Positions 21,581-35,327 of a stretch of DNA of 64,000 nt are shown piece by piece (within the stretch, counting starts at the first letter, position 1; each line of letters begins with the position of its first letter). A program made the position numbers and the translations under genes. The notes under the pieces are model-generated. The model saw only the letters and a program-made list of their open reading frames with translations. It was not told the DNA's origin and did no database searches. This DNA comes from Tubiluchus corallicola (Eukaryota > Animalia > Priapulida): positions 124,001 to 188,000 of the forward strand of contig JAQGDQ010002374.1 of assembly GCA_030141605.1 (NCBI GenBank), written 5' to 3'.

Positions 21581-23682
21581 GACTTCGTGACTTTCCGTAA
21601 GCGCATTGTGGCTTCCCATAAGTACCAATGATGTGACAAGAATTCACAGTGGGCTGCTTTTCTTCAACCGATGAATGACCATTAGTGGAAGAATAGACTA
21701 AATCCTTCTAACATTTTTCGCAAGCATTGAGATAATCCTAACTTCACAGAAGGCTCGGCCTTTCCGCCAATTTAAACTGCAGTTTAGTTTCTCTGTATTT
21801 AACCATCACTGTCAACTTCCATGAGAATATCCATTAGGAACAACACCTGTTCTGGAACAAACAAAGCAAACCTGTATCAATTATAAACAGCTCAGGCGTG
21901 TTTGCCTTGTAAAAGTTCTTTTTATGTGTAACCATATCATTGTCAAACTGTGTAAATTACATAATGCAGAGAAAAGGGCAAATCGATAAGCATTTGTTAA
22001 GTTAGATGCCGTAACACTATTTTTGTTAAACTCAAAGCATTATAACATTGTACTGATGATAACTTTTTCAAATCAGACTTGGAGAAGATTATACTGAAGA
22101 ACGTTCGTTTCACTTCACTAATGGCATTGGGGAGTAGATTAGATTTGCAGCAACAATCATTACCTGCCTGTTTGTCTGTTCATCGTGAACACATGTTAAA
22201 AACAAAACAAAGATTTCTGCGAAAATGTATTCAAATTTCGCCCTAAACTGCTAGTTCCTGATGAGGCTGAAAAGTCAAAGTCGTAGTCAACTTTAGTAAA
22301 TTTTGCATTATCTATAGCATTTTTAAAAAGACTAATTACATAACCAAATTTAACAGGAAGGAGCCCCCTCCTTTTTGCTGGGACCGCTCTATCTAATGTG
22401 AACATGAATGTCACTGCGCGAGAGAAATAAGCAGTGACATCTGCCTTTATCTCCTTAATTGCCACTCAACGAACATAGGTGTTTTGAAGAGTGTTGTGTT
22501 TACGACGTACATAACAGTGCAGCATTTGCAATAGTCGCAACGGTATTGAGGTAGCGCAATAGTGCAAGTGTGTTGCAAGTGTATTTCGGTGGTGCGACAC
22601 CAATACTCAATGCAGTGATTACACTACCACCCCAACGCAGTTGTGCTTTCGAGATTACATGGTCACACTTTCCCAATACGGTTGCAGTGCATCGCACCAT
22701 AATTTCCCTGTCGTACTCCAATGCTATTCCATGGTTGCACCTTCTCAGGGCTATTGCACCATTGCGCCACTTAACACAATTGCTTTGTCGCACCACCCCA
22801 ATACGATTGCACCATCCCAGCACTGTTGCACCACCCTAATCTGGCTGCAGTCCTCACGCCACATCATGCTTGCATCATCGCACACCCTAACACGACTGCA
22901 CTTTACTGATTTCTATTCAATTTATTTCGAGCCCTTCTATGTGCATGAACGTGCTGCTTGTTCACGGTCACGCATTCGGCATTGTATTACACATCTTTAA
23001 TTATTGCAATCACTGCACGGCTTTCCTTACATTATTTTACTTGGCTTCTTTTATCCTGGTTAACTGCGGGTAGTTCATAGAATATAAAATGATGAATGGA
23101 AGCTTAGCTTTGGCTTCAGCAACAGAAACTCAACCGGCTGTAAATTAAGACGTGTCAGACTCTTTGTGAAGCAAGGAAAATCACCTTCTTCTGGTGATTT
23201 ATTCCTTCTACAAACTTGTGCGATCTGTTACGTGATTGTGAAAAGTGTACAAAAAACTTCAGTGGTGTGATGTACCCGGATGTCTAGAGCTGAAGCCTGG
23301 AAATGGTTTGCTGCCGCACCTGGCCGAATTCCCAAAAACATGTATTTGTAGAATACAACTTTCTAAGTTCCTTGATACCAAAGAAAAAATAAATCAAGTA
23401 ATTTCCTGATAATTCTTTATAAACTAGATACGGATATTTTAACTATACTTAATAATAAACGAAAAATGAAATTGAAAAAGTAAAAAAAAACCGAGGACTT
23501 TTTAAGAGATAATAAGCCTTTCACATTAGCACTAATTCCTGTTCAATGTCCCACTTTTTACATGTCCCGTGTAAAAAGGATTTGTAAAACAAAACACCAA
23601 GAAGACCATAACTGCATATTAAATAACAATCTCATCTCACTACATCGCCAAAAAGGCGCATTTTCAATCCCATTTATCATCA

Positions 23683-24385
23683 CTGACCCATCCTGGACTC
23701 ATTTAGTATGAGAGACTCATCCTAGACGCAATTAGCATAAAAAACATCCTAGATTCATTTGGTATGAAGGACTCATCCTGTACTCATTTAGTATGAGAGA
23801 CTCACGTGAACTCATGTAGTATGAGTGACTTATCGTGGACTCATTTAGTATGCAACGCTCATCTTTGACTCGTTTAGTTCGACTGACTCATCCTTGACTA
23901 ATTTATTATAAAAGACTCATCCTCGACTCATTTAGTATCAAAAACTCATCTTGGACTCACTTAGTATGAGAGACTCATCCTGGATTTATTTAGTGTGAAA
24001 GAGTTATCCAGGACACATTTAATATGAGAGCCTCATCTTGTACCCATTTAGTATGAGTGACTTATCGTGTACTCATTTAATATGAAAGAGAAATCCTGGA
24101 CTCATTTGGCATAAGAGACTCATTTTGTACTCATTTAGTATGAGAGGTTCATCCTGGACTTATTTAGTATGAGTGACTCATCGTGGATTCATTTAGTATG
24201 AGAAACCGGGGCTGATTTAGTTTGGAAGATCCATCCTGGACTCCTTTAGTATCGGAGACCCGTCCTGGATTCATTTAGTATGGGTAATCCCTCATGGACT
24301 CATTTAATATAGGAGACCCGTGCTAGACATATTAGTATGTGAGACTTTTCTTAGACACATTTAGTAGCCCTCCAGACTCATTTAG
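23683..24385 (+). repeat. 29-bp minisatellite, ~24 diverged copies (GACTCATCCTGGACTCATTTAGTATGAGA)
   Basis: Visible tandem periodicity of 29 bp. Confidence 0.93.
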
Positions 24386-25264
24386 CTCGCTTCCAGTCTT
24401 TTTCGATACTTATATTTATGTTGAAGGCTGCTTTTCTGCAAAATTTCGCGCAGTGCCAATACAAATAGATTGCTTTTTAAAGTCTTAAAAAAGATCATTT
24501 TGCACATCGTTTCACCATTTAGGATTATTAATACGTGTATTTGAGGATAGTTGTTTAATTGGCTGAAGTTTGCAAAATCGTAGTTACTTTTCTTATAGCT
24601 TATAAGAAAAAAGTTTATTAAAATCACAAAAACACTGGTAACCTCCTGGCATAGCCAATCATATATAGCACACTAATTTAAAAAACAATCCGCCTGGAGA
24701 AAGCAGGCAAAGCACTTGGTGTTTTAGTTATAAGAAACTTAATAATTATATGAAATTATATCAAAATTAATGTTTGACACAATTGATGTATCGATTACGT
24801 TCAGCAATTTAATAGACTGTGCGAAATCAACTGCTCTTCTTTGTATTTGATTTTTTTATATTAGTCGCTTGTGGAAAAATCGAAAACATAAAACTGTCAG
24901 CGAGAAACATGCAATCCCACAAGGCAGAATTCCAGGAACATATTTGTCACCATCATGTTAAGAAAAAAACGATTAAAGCTTAATATTTGTTTAGTAATGA
25001 ACGGATTCAGTAGAATATTTATATAGAATTTATATAGAGGGAATGTAAGAAAAGAAAGATGGGAACAATGATGCCTCAAACTTGACTTTCATTTTCAATT
25101 ATTTCAATTTTTCTGTACACAAAGATGCAGTTTTAATTAATCATTATAATCGTAATATTAATAGTACAAACCCAAAATTAATTAACTTTGATCTTGAAAG
25201 ACAGGAAATATGAATGGTTGGCATATAGTCTGAATTTGAATCAGATGGCTTTTCCTTACATGAA

Positions 25265-27010
25265 TCATAATATGAATAATATGAATTTATTCCACAGCAA
25301 CACATAAACATACATACAAATTGTTATTACACTGAAAAGAATTATAAACTAAACGAGTTACTGTGAGGAAGAGGAAGGAGCATTAAGCTTTCGAGTTCTC
25401 CTCCAGATAAGTGAAACAATTGGCAATTAACATTACATAGTATTTTCATAGTAGTACATTAGAACAAAAAAGTTTTATTAGTAACTTAAGATCAGGATGA
25501 GTAAAATTGTGAATTAATTATAACCGTTGTAGTAAGTAATTATTTGATGCTTTTTTAAATTGATAAAGACTAAGTTTTCATTTCACGCAGAATTGATGAC
25601 CATATTTAAATAGCGTCATATTTTGATTACTATTTCATTATATTTGTTTTTGGAAGAGGGAGTACATAGTTTCCGACAGACTATCTTGTGTAATGACCAT
25701 GTTGCTTTGAAACTGGACTAAAGTATGACTGAAAGCTGGTGGAAGTAGTGAATTATGATGTTGATACATGAAATGAAGACAATACATGTCATATATTTCT
25801 TTCACTTTAAGAGTTTTAACAGACAAGTAAATTATATTTGAGGGATGGTCATACCTTACATGATATATTAGTTTGAGAAATTTGTTCTGAGTAATTTGTA
25901 AAGCTTCCAGATTACGTTTATACACACCACCCAAGACGTGACGCCATATATTAGATATGGGTAAACTAGACTGTAATAGATTTTCATCAATGTTTCTCTA
26001 TTAATAAACTTGCTAATTTATAGATGATTCCCAAGGTTTTACTCAATTTTTCCTTTATTATACTTATTTGGTACTTCCAGTCTAGGTGCTCATCAAGAAA
26101 TATTACCAAATATTTAACATGTGACTTTTTTCAACAGTAACATTACTAAGAACTGTGGTGATATTTCTTGATGGTGTTCTCCTTTTTTTTAGAATCATGA
26201 AATTTGATTTATATTATTCAGTGAGAGTTTATTTACATTCAGCCATTCTGATACTTTATTTAACTGGGTATTCATAAAATCTCCAAGTTATCTATATTTG
26301 AATGGCTTAAAATGTTTGTATCATCTGCAAAAAGTCTGAAGATTAAATTTGAGCAACTTAGTGGCATATCACTTATATATAGAAGAAATAAAAGTGGCCC
26401 TAGAGTAGAACCTTGGGGAACACCGTGCTTAATTGGAAGTGTATTGGATTTACATTCATTTAATTCCACATACTGGAGACGATCACAAAGATAACTTTTG
26501 AACCATGATTGAGCTGAATGTCTTATACCATGATAATGCAATTTGTCTAGAACAATACAATGATTTACCGTATCAAATGTCTTTGATAAATCTATAAACA
26601 GACCACAGACATACCGATCATTATCAACCGCCTCTGCAATTTTATTAGTTATTTTAATTAATGCTAATGCTGTTGAATGCGATTCTACGAAAACCGAATT
26701 GATGGTCATATAAAATTTTGTTTTGTAGAAGAAAATAGGACAGTTGATTAAATGCGATTTTTTCAAGTATTTTAGAAAAAACACTTAATAGCAAAATTGG
26801 TCGATAATTAGATAACTTAGCTTTATTATTTGATTTATAAACAGGAATTACTTTAGTGAGTTTAAGCTGTTCAGGAAAAATACCAGTATTAAATGATTGA
26901 CTATATATTAAAGTTAATGGCTTGGAAATGACGGAACTGGCAATTTGAACAAAAAAAATTACTGACACCATCTGCACCAGGGGCTTTGTTACCCTTAAGT
27001 CCTGTTAATA
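25265..27010 (-). mobile_element. 5'-truncated, frameshifted CR1/L2-group LINE (RT domain)
   Basis: ORFs 26654-26977, 26272-26784 and 25638-25934: KAPGADG, KVIPVYK...NYRPI, FIDLSKTFDTVNH, GVPQGSTLGPLLFLLYI, LFADDT. Confidence 0.93.
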
Positions 27011-28825
27011 ATGAGAGCATGAGAGCACTTCTAGGGCAGATGCCTTAGACCAGTAGGCCATTGTACTCCCCAGTGGTCCAGGCAGTCGTCTAAACTCTTA
27101 TAGCTCTATCGCTTATAACTGGCCAACCAAATTCTGAATTTCCAATGTTAGATCGCTCACACTAAAATCAATGCAGTTTTTAATATGATTACTTAGTACT
27201 CATTGTAACAGCCTTGAAGCATTGAAGACAAAACACACTAAAAGGCAAACTAGACTAATCAAATTAAAATGATGTTAAAACTAAATTTATAGTAATTAAA
27301 ATCAAAATTTTTGTGCGCGATATGTTGCAAAAAATGTGTCCGTCAGAGGGGAAAATGTCGTTTGAAATAATTTTAGAGTTACAAATGGTTCAAGACAAGG
27401 CAGTAAAATGTCGCCTGTATTTTAACTCATCTAATAATTAACAATTACTGAATTTAAAATAGGATATTTTGTTGTTATGTGCGTCAATCAGCTTATCTAC
27501 GCAGATGAAATGTGCATGGAAGCATTTACTGCCAACGCTCTTCAGAATCCAAAGCAAACTTACGTTGGGTATTTCACCGTAGGCGCTTATCTGCAGACAA
27601 GATGGATAATAAGCATCAAAACCCACTCGTTGTTATTGATAGAGGGCTACTTAACAATATAAAATCACTGGAATCTTTGCAAATTGTCAGGACATGTAGG
27701 TCAGATCTCTTTTTTATATAGTGCGATGCGACACACTGTGCACGCCTTAACCCAGTTTTCAACACCAAGCTTATTACTAATGCGTGACTAGAACACGGAT
27801 GATAATCAAGGTTGATTCCACAAAAAACAATGAACCGGCTGAGATAAGGTAGGCAGATTCAGATGTTCACACACACTTTGTATGAAAGGAATTTACAAAG
27901 GATATTGTGTCGACCTTGGTCTACCGTATTTTATACATCTGTAAGATAACCTATAAAAACATTTATTTTTATTACACAATCTATCACAAGTGCAATAAAA
28001 TGTTAAAGGCATTTGTTTACTCACTGACGTGTCGTATTGAGTATGTAATTATAATATCATTTTTATAGATCATTTTATAATTATAATATAATTTTTATTA
28101 TTGTAATTCCCGTGTTTAAAATTATGTTAATGTGTGCCATTCTTTGTGTAGACGTACCACTTCATGCGTACAAATTACTGGTTATTATGGATGCAGAAAT
28201 CTCAAACAAAAATGCTAGTTCTCTTCAATGCGTAGTCAGCAACTGTAAACGCACCTCGGGGGTTTTCTCTGCTAAAAGTCCACAATTATCGACCGGAATC
28301 CCTACTCAAGCAGCCCCTGTTTAGTTTTTAAACTGCCCCTTTGGTTGCGCATTCTTTACGCATAAATTTACCATGTCACAATACGTTTAAAAACCAACAG
28401 CGCATGCCTTGGCTTCATGCTTTATAACATGAGTGGTAACGTTGGAAGATGCTGTGGTATTTGAATACAACAACCGCGCACTAGCTGCAAGTGAAGCCAG
28501 CTGCTGGACGAAAACGTTAACTCTTTTGACACGACAATTTTTTCTACGTTGCGTATATCATTGATTGAAGTTTACTTCCTGCTGTGAACATTGCCCAACG
28601 TTCTTTTAAGTAAAGGTATGAGTAATTTATCTTTAACATATGAGCTTTCCTGCTTTATTCTTTAACGTTACAGGATCTGCTATGGCTTCATATATTTGGT
28701 TTCGCTTTGAACGTTAAATATTACTAATTGTTTTTTGTTAGAGTACAATTTACGAAGCACTAGGCGGACTCTAAAACTAGAATCTCACTCGTAGACAAGC
28801 TGACACATTCACGACGTAGTGGCAA

Positions 28826-29425
28826 TAATAATTTAGTAATAATGATAAATCATTTGTAGAGCGCAAAAATCGACAGAATAGTTCAGTGTCTATAGTACAC
28901 AATAATACATAAAATTTAGGTTTAGAATTAGTGACTACTATAAATTTATAAACACACAATAATGCAAGCATATATATACTAAAAAATTCACCAGGCAGAT
29001 TAATTAAACGATAAAAACGGTAAAAAGGTAAGATTTGAGACTAATTTTAATACAGTAAAAATCAGTGTGTGATCGCAAGTTAAAAGAGAATTTATTCCAT
29101 TCACGTGGAGCTGCACTGGTAAAAGCACGTATAAAGATAATAAGCAATAGTTTAAAAATAATACGTTATTTGACAGGAAGCTAGTCCATTAAGATTCGAG
29201 TTATATAATCAAAACGTCAAGTTTTAGTAACAATTCTTGCAGCAGTATTCTGAAGACGTTGTAAACGATTAGTTTCTTAAGCAGGAATATTAATTTATAA
29301 AAAATACAATAGTCAAGCCAAGTTGCTCAATTGCAGATAATGTTATAAATTTACGAACTACGCCAATTCTGCGAAGAAGTAAACTAAACGATTTACAAAT
29401 GTTATTAATGTGAGCTTTCATAGGG
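28826..29425 (-). mobile_element. L2-type LINE 3' fragment
   Basis: Minus-strand MKAHINNICK...RLQRLQNTAARIVT...RAFTSAAPREWN; 3' end GCGCTCTACAAAT plus ATT-rich tail. Confidence 0.8.
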
Positions 29426-31030
29426 CCAAATCATGGCTAATTCCCAAATTTCTAACTTCAAAACTTACAGAAACAGGAGAATTTCCAGCCTGTACATTAG
29501 CAACCCTGCCATCAGACATGACGTGACGCTAACACGTAGTTTCTATCCGATAGGAACTCTTGGCTTATTGTTTACGGACCACTTTGGAGTACAAGCACAG
29601 GCACCAACGTGCCCTTGAAAGTCATGCAAAATGTTTAATTTGAAGAAGTTGGGTACAGTTGCATGAAAAAAGTGAGAATAGATCATATACATAATGTTTG
29701 TGAGAATAATCTTTTTCTTTGTGTTTGAGGCAATCATCACTTTGTAAGGATACTTATACGTTGTGTGCGAGACAATCATCATTCAGTAACATAAAATAAC
29801 ATTCCTTGTTTACAAGCAAAATGTCGTGTTTCTGTCCTCCGTGCCTCAAAATATCAAGAATCCTTGACGTAGACCGTATCAACTCATCTACTACGATTAT
29901 AGTGTATACCAAGCGTTTCAAGTAGACATCAATGTCTTTCTTTATCTCTATCGATTAATTCCATTGCAAACTGTGCAACACTGTCATTTATATTAGAGAG
30001 TATTATGATATTTTCTAATTGTTGTATTAAGAAACAATACGTCATGCTAGAGATTTTTGCATTCGCGCTAAGCTTAAACTGTCGTGTATGGACTGTAACA
30101 CGCGGGTTTAGTGTCACATAAGCAAAATAGTTCTGGAAATATAAATAGCTTTGAATAATGCTCGTCGCAATAATTAAAGGAAAACCGGGTCATTGTGTAG
30201 ACATTTGACTAAAAATAACGTATGCTCTAAAATACTGAAAACTGCAATAGCTTTTTAAACCAAAGCTCATATTAAATAATAATTACCTCGGACAGTTACA
30301 TTGTGTTAAACGTTCAAAGCTATGCCTGGCTCAGTGAATCGACTAAGACTGGTAATGGCGCCTTCTTGTCACCTTTCGCGTGGCCGACAGATAGGCGCGG
30401 CACCTTAATAAGCATGATCATGAACAGCAGTGTTTTCCCTTTTTATCAGTAGAGCCAATTTTCGTGACATCACGTCGGCGTCTTATAGCAATCTTCGCTT
30501 ACGCAAACGTGCTTAGGGAAGATGTGTACCATCGCACAAATTGTGATTAGTTTGTGACATAACCGATAGCTGTGTTCGGTTGCCATTAATTAACATTCCA
30601 AGCGAATTATTGAAATTTAAGAAACAGAAAATATAAGAAACTGTTATAGACAAGAAAATGTATATTTTGGACCGTAAAAAGGAAGTTGGGTTTAACCAAT
30701 CGTCCCGTTTTCCTTTCAATTTGCACGTTACTTTTTACTTTACCATAAACATGCTTGCCTGTGCAGATATGAAGATTTCAAGCAGCCATTACTGATTAGT
30801 GTAGGCGTTTCAGTCCTCTCCTACAATTATAATGTGGCACTAGTACTTAACGCGTTCAACACGCAAACAGCATTAAGTTTACGGCTGTTATAGCTCTAGT
30901 TACTATTAATCAATACACACAAGTACAATAAATTTGAAGGCAAAGCGATTTTGAGTTCAGAGTATTGCTAACTCATTCGCGTTATTAGAGCACGTTATTT
31001 GATTTGTAGAGGTAGTAGAATCATGTAGAA

Positions 31031-31179
31031 TGGACTGGATTGGATTAGATTGGATTGGATTGGATTGGATCGGATCGGATCGGATCGGATCGGATCGGAT
31101 CGGATCGGATCGGATCGGATCGGATCGGATCAGATCAGATCAGATCAGATTAGATTAGATTATATTATATTAGATTAGA
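31031..31179 (+). repeat. Compound pentanucleotide microsatellite GGATT/GGATC/AGATC/AGATT
   Basis: Directly visible. Confidence 0.95.
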
Positions 31180-34100
31180 AATTAAAACAATTAATGAAAA
31201 TTCTTCCATAAAGTTCACAAAATTGCTTTGTAGTTTAAAGTTTATTTCAGACCAGAAGCTTTCAGTTTCTCGATCTTCATCAGTTAGAAAGTATGTCGCT
31301 GTCAACTTAATCTGAATTGCTATAAGTTGACTGTGACACACTTTAATATTCTTAGTATTCACCAACCGCACACCATTACAACTTAAGTATAAAAAGTTAT
31401 CTAATAAAATCAAATAAGTAACAATGGGACTGAACTAGTCCAAATGAAAAAAATAGAACAGAATCGAATTAAATGTAATAGTTTTACATAATTATAAATA
31501 GTAGCTTATAATACTCATAGCAGCGCCAATAAACAAATCTACTGGTATAAGTCACCATTAATATTATTGTACTTTCAATGAGCATTAATGAAATAATAAA
31601 ATTAGAACCATATTATTGATGCCTAATGCCTTGTAATGAAGTAATTCTGAACATTACCAGTGAGTATGAGCTCCATTTTTGTGCAAAAAAGATGAGTTCA
31701 GATGTAGTTAAAGCTGCAGCTTGACCCGGTGCAATGTGATTATTTACTTAGTATATCATCATGCAAACAAGGGAAGCCAGTTTGAAGCCAGGTTGTTGCG
31801 TTCCGAGCATTCCAGAGCTGCCAGTCAAACCTCGTGTCACGAATCAATGTTGATAGTAAACACTACTTGATCAAAGCACGCATTGTTTCGAAAATTCACT
31901 TACAAATATTTCCGTGGCAGAGAGGTGGGTGTATGCCATTTCTTTATGACGAAGCAAACTTCTGAGTTCCGGTGGGCTCCCCGGAATACCGGCTGGAGGG
32001 CTCACAAGCTCCTCTCAGTTGTTGGCTTACAAAGTACAAGGTATAATTTCGCTGGAGAGTAATTTACTTTGCATAGGAAGAGTAAGTACGTATTAAATCA
32101 TACAGAAAACCGAAATAAAAGACCAACGGTGCTGGAGGTGGCAGCGTGCCTCACTATCATTATATTATTCATTCCAAAATACTTACGTATTTACATGATT
32201 TACAAATTATGAAATCTTGAATAAAACATGCAGAATACGAGAAGTCACCCAGGCACGGGGCGTTTACGTATTAAAAATTGTAATTTAACTAAAAACTTGT
32301 TTTATTACAACATAATTATATAACTGTCTGTACTATAATTTTTGCCAAGCACCCAATATCGATCATCAAAATCTTTGAATAACACTACGTTTTGTTTTAT
32401 TATTGTCGTATTTTATATTTTACTGTGTTTAAATTAGCGGCAGCTTATTTACATTGAGACTTATTTACTGGCGAAAGTAAAAACACCAGTATTGATCAGT
32501 TTCATCAAAACTTCATCAAAACGCATCGGAATTCTCGATCTAAATCGCCTGTCAACATCTAAAGCATCGCCAGTTCGGAGAACTCCAGAAAGACCAATTC
32601 AGTGTATCAGACATCCGGCCAGTCCACAAATTAGGGAGTTTAATACTCGTTTGAACTTTAAAAAACGTACTCGTTTTCCTGAATGCTAGTGATTAATGTC
32701 TTGAATGCATTAATCTACGCAGAGGAGAAAAAACGAATGTTTTGTGACGCTAAACATTTCTCAAACGCTTTGATGTCAGAAAAGCGAATTAATGAAATTC
32801 GTTTGTAGGAATGCAAAGAAAATATTTTCTGGGCGATTAGCTGCTCTATCATGTTGTAGGCTACCCTTTCATTTGGCGGTTATATGAAAGGGGAAGAGAA
32901 AGTCTGTTTGTAATTAGAAATCTTTTCCACTTCTATACGACTAATACCATAGCATTGGAAACAGCAGTATGAAGTAATTTAATTAAAACGTCCACTATGC
33001 TCATTGATCATTCCGCGCTTGTTACGTTACATCCTTTTCACTGTTTAGTAAAGTTCTCAATAATAAATGATTTTTTTTTAATTCATATATTTTATTACAC
33101 CAGGTATGGCAATTTAAAACACACTAGTCATAAAATTACAAATATTAAGCTAAAATAGCTTAACAAGCATACAATAAAGGGAATTTTTTACTCTGATTAA
33201 CAAGCATAACAGTAATAATTGAGTTATATGTCCATTGGCATAGGAAAATGGCGTTTGATGTACATGCTAAAAGATGGTATCTACCACCTTTCAAGTTTCA
33301 AAGCTTACATATACAGGTTTGTTTCAGTTCAAGACTCTGTTTGGAGCAGATTTTATGGGGAATTACATGCCTTTTCATGGCTTGTTGGTTCTTCTCCTGG
33401 ATTTCTTTCTATTCATTTTGTGTCATAGTCAGTGTATAATAGGATGCCAGCTCTATTGAGTCTACCGTGTCTTCGACAACTTCTAAATATTTCCAGAATG
33501 CCTGAACTCAGGGTATTTTGAAGAAATAAGTAATTTTTGAGTAATAAGTAAGTCTAAATGTAAATAAGCTGCTAACGTAAAAATGCAAAAACGCATTTAA
33601 ATGATTTTCAAAGATTCTGAGGATTGACACAGGGTGCCCAACAGAATTATAGTGGACTGTTAAATAAATGCATTTTTAATTGTAATAGAACATGGTTTAA
33701 TTAAATTACAATACGTAAGCGCCATGTGCCTGCGTGGCTTCTCCTATTCTATGTATATGTTTTATAACAAATGCATAATTGCGCCTCATTTTTGAAAGCG
33801 TGCATCAGAGAAACTCGGCATTCGCAACAACAATGACTAATACAATATGTTTAATGTAGATTTTAATTTCCTTTAGTTAAGTAACTGCAGGATTTAGATG
33901 TTTAAGTTACTCGCTTGTGATTAACTCTATGAAGCCGTTCATTTTGCTGTGATGCCGGCCTGGTTTTACTTCGTGTAATACAAAAGTTTGTCATTTACTC
34001 ATTTTGCGGTAAACAATGCGTTTTAAAGTTTAACAAAAAATGGTTCTACGACAACTATAAACGTCCATCTGTTATGGTTATTACCATCATTTTGCAAGCA

Positions 34101-34479
34101 GTAAGCAAAGACTACCTGTATACAGGACGTTCGTGCACTATTGATGTTCGGATAGCGCATCAACAGACTGGCGTGGGTGGTACCGTTTGATGTGGGTAGT
34201 GTGAAGAGGTTTTTTAATATTGTGAAGTCACAATGGAGAGCTATTGCAGAAGTATTAAATGAAATATCATTTAACACATACCATGTCATTAGAATTTGTA
34301 CATTTTACAAATAAGTGCAAGCAAAATGTACATTAGTGCATACGTGCACGTATGTGGTAAGCAGGCAACACAACCCTTCGCATTCCGGACATGTTTTACA
34401 GTTCAGCATTCTGCAAGCTGGATTCAAGCACTCGGTGACAGGGATACTTAATGGCAGAACCAGAATCTTGTTTATCTCT

Positions 34480-34555
34480 GCTGCTGCTAAGGCTGCTACT
34501 ATTAATACTACTACTACTACTACTGCTGCTGCTACTGCTACTACTGCTGCTACTG

Positions 34556-34623
<68 letters not shown>

Positions 34624-34759
34624 GCTACTGCTACTGCTACTGCTACTGCTACTGCTACTGCTACTGCTACTGCTACCGCTACCGCTACCACTACCACTAC
34701 CACTACCACCACCACCACCACCACCACCACCACCACCACCACCACCACTACCACTACCA

Positions 34760-34795
<36 letters not shown>

Positions 34796-34810
34796 ATACT
34801 ACTACTATTA
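34480..34810 (+). repeat. Compound tri/hexanucleotide microsatellite (CTA/CTG/CCA)
   Basis: Directly visible. Explains the poly-T/V/L ORFs. Confidence 0.97.
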
Positions 34811-35327
34811 CAGTGAATAGTGAACTAGGTAGCCACCAAGGCAACTACGGGCCAACCCCCAGGCATGGCTTGACTTTGGTTACTGATATTTACTGTACAC
34901 AATACCACGAAAAAAACCTTGGGCATCTTCTAACGTTTTTCAACTGGGTTTTACGACAGTCATCTAATTTAACTGCACATTTAAGTGAACAGATTTAACG
35001 GAAGCGCATTTCGCATTTAAATAAAACTTGCTATTAAAATCTAACTCAGTTCCATCATTGCTTCTAGATTGTGTGCTGTCAGAAAAGTATTGATCTCATT
35101 TTCCCGACATCGTCGAAGATAAGTGATTGACTCTCTCTAAACTGAAGACGAACATCAATTGATACATACCTTCTGTTTTTGATGAGCGGATTTTTTTATT
35201 TATGTGCGAGCAACAATGCAACATGTGCTAAAGTCTATTTTGTACGTTTATGAGTCAATCATTCATTAGTGACACTTCTGATTCTCTGCTTGTTGGCATT
35301 TTTCATGGAAGGGTGCTTCTATAATGC

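Noticed and set aside
33100-33520. Possible LINE CCHC remnant on the minus strand (CICKL*NLKGGRYHLLAC)
   Set aside because: Too degraded to call without a profile search.
34305-34998. Long ORFs (227 aa Thr-rich mucin-like, poly-V, poly-L/P)
   Set aside because: Entirely explained by the CTA/CTG/CCA microsatellite; no splice context or domain.
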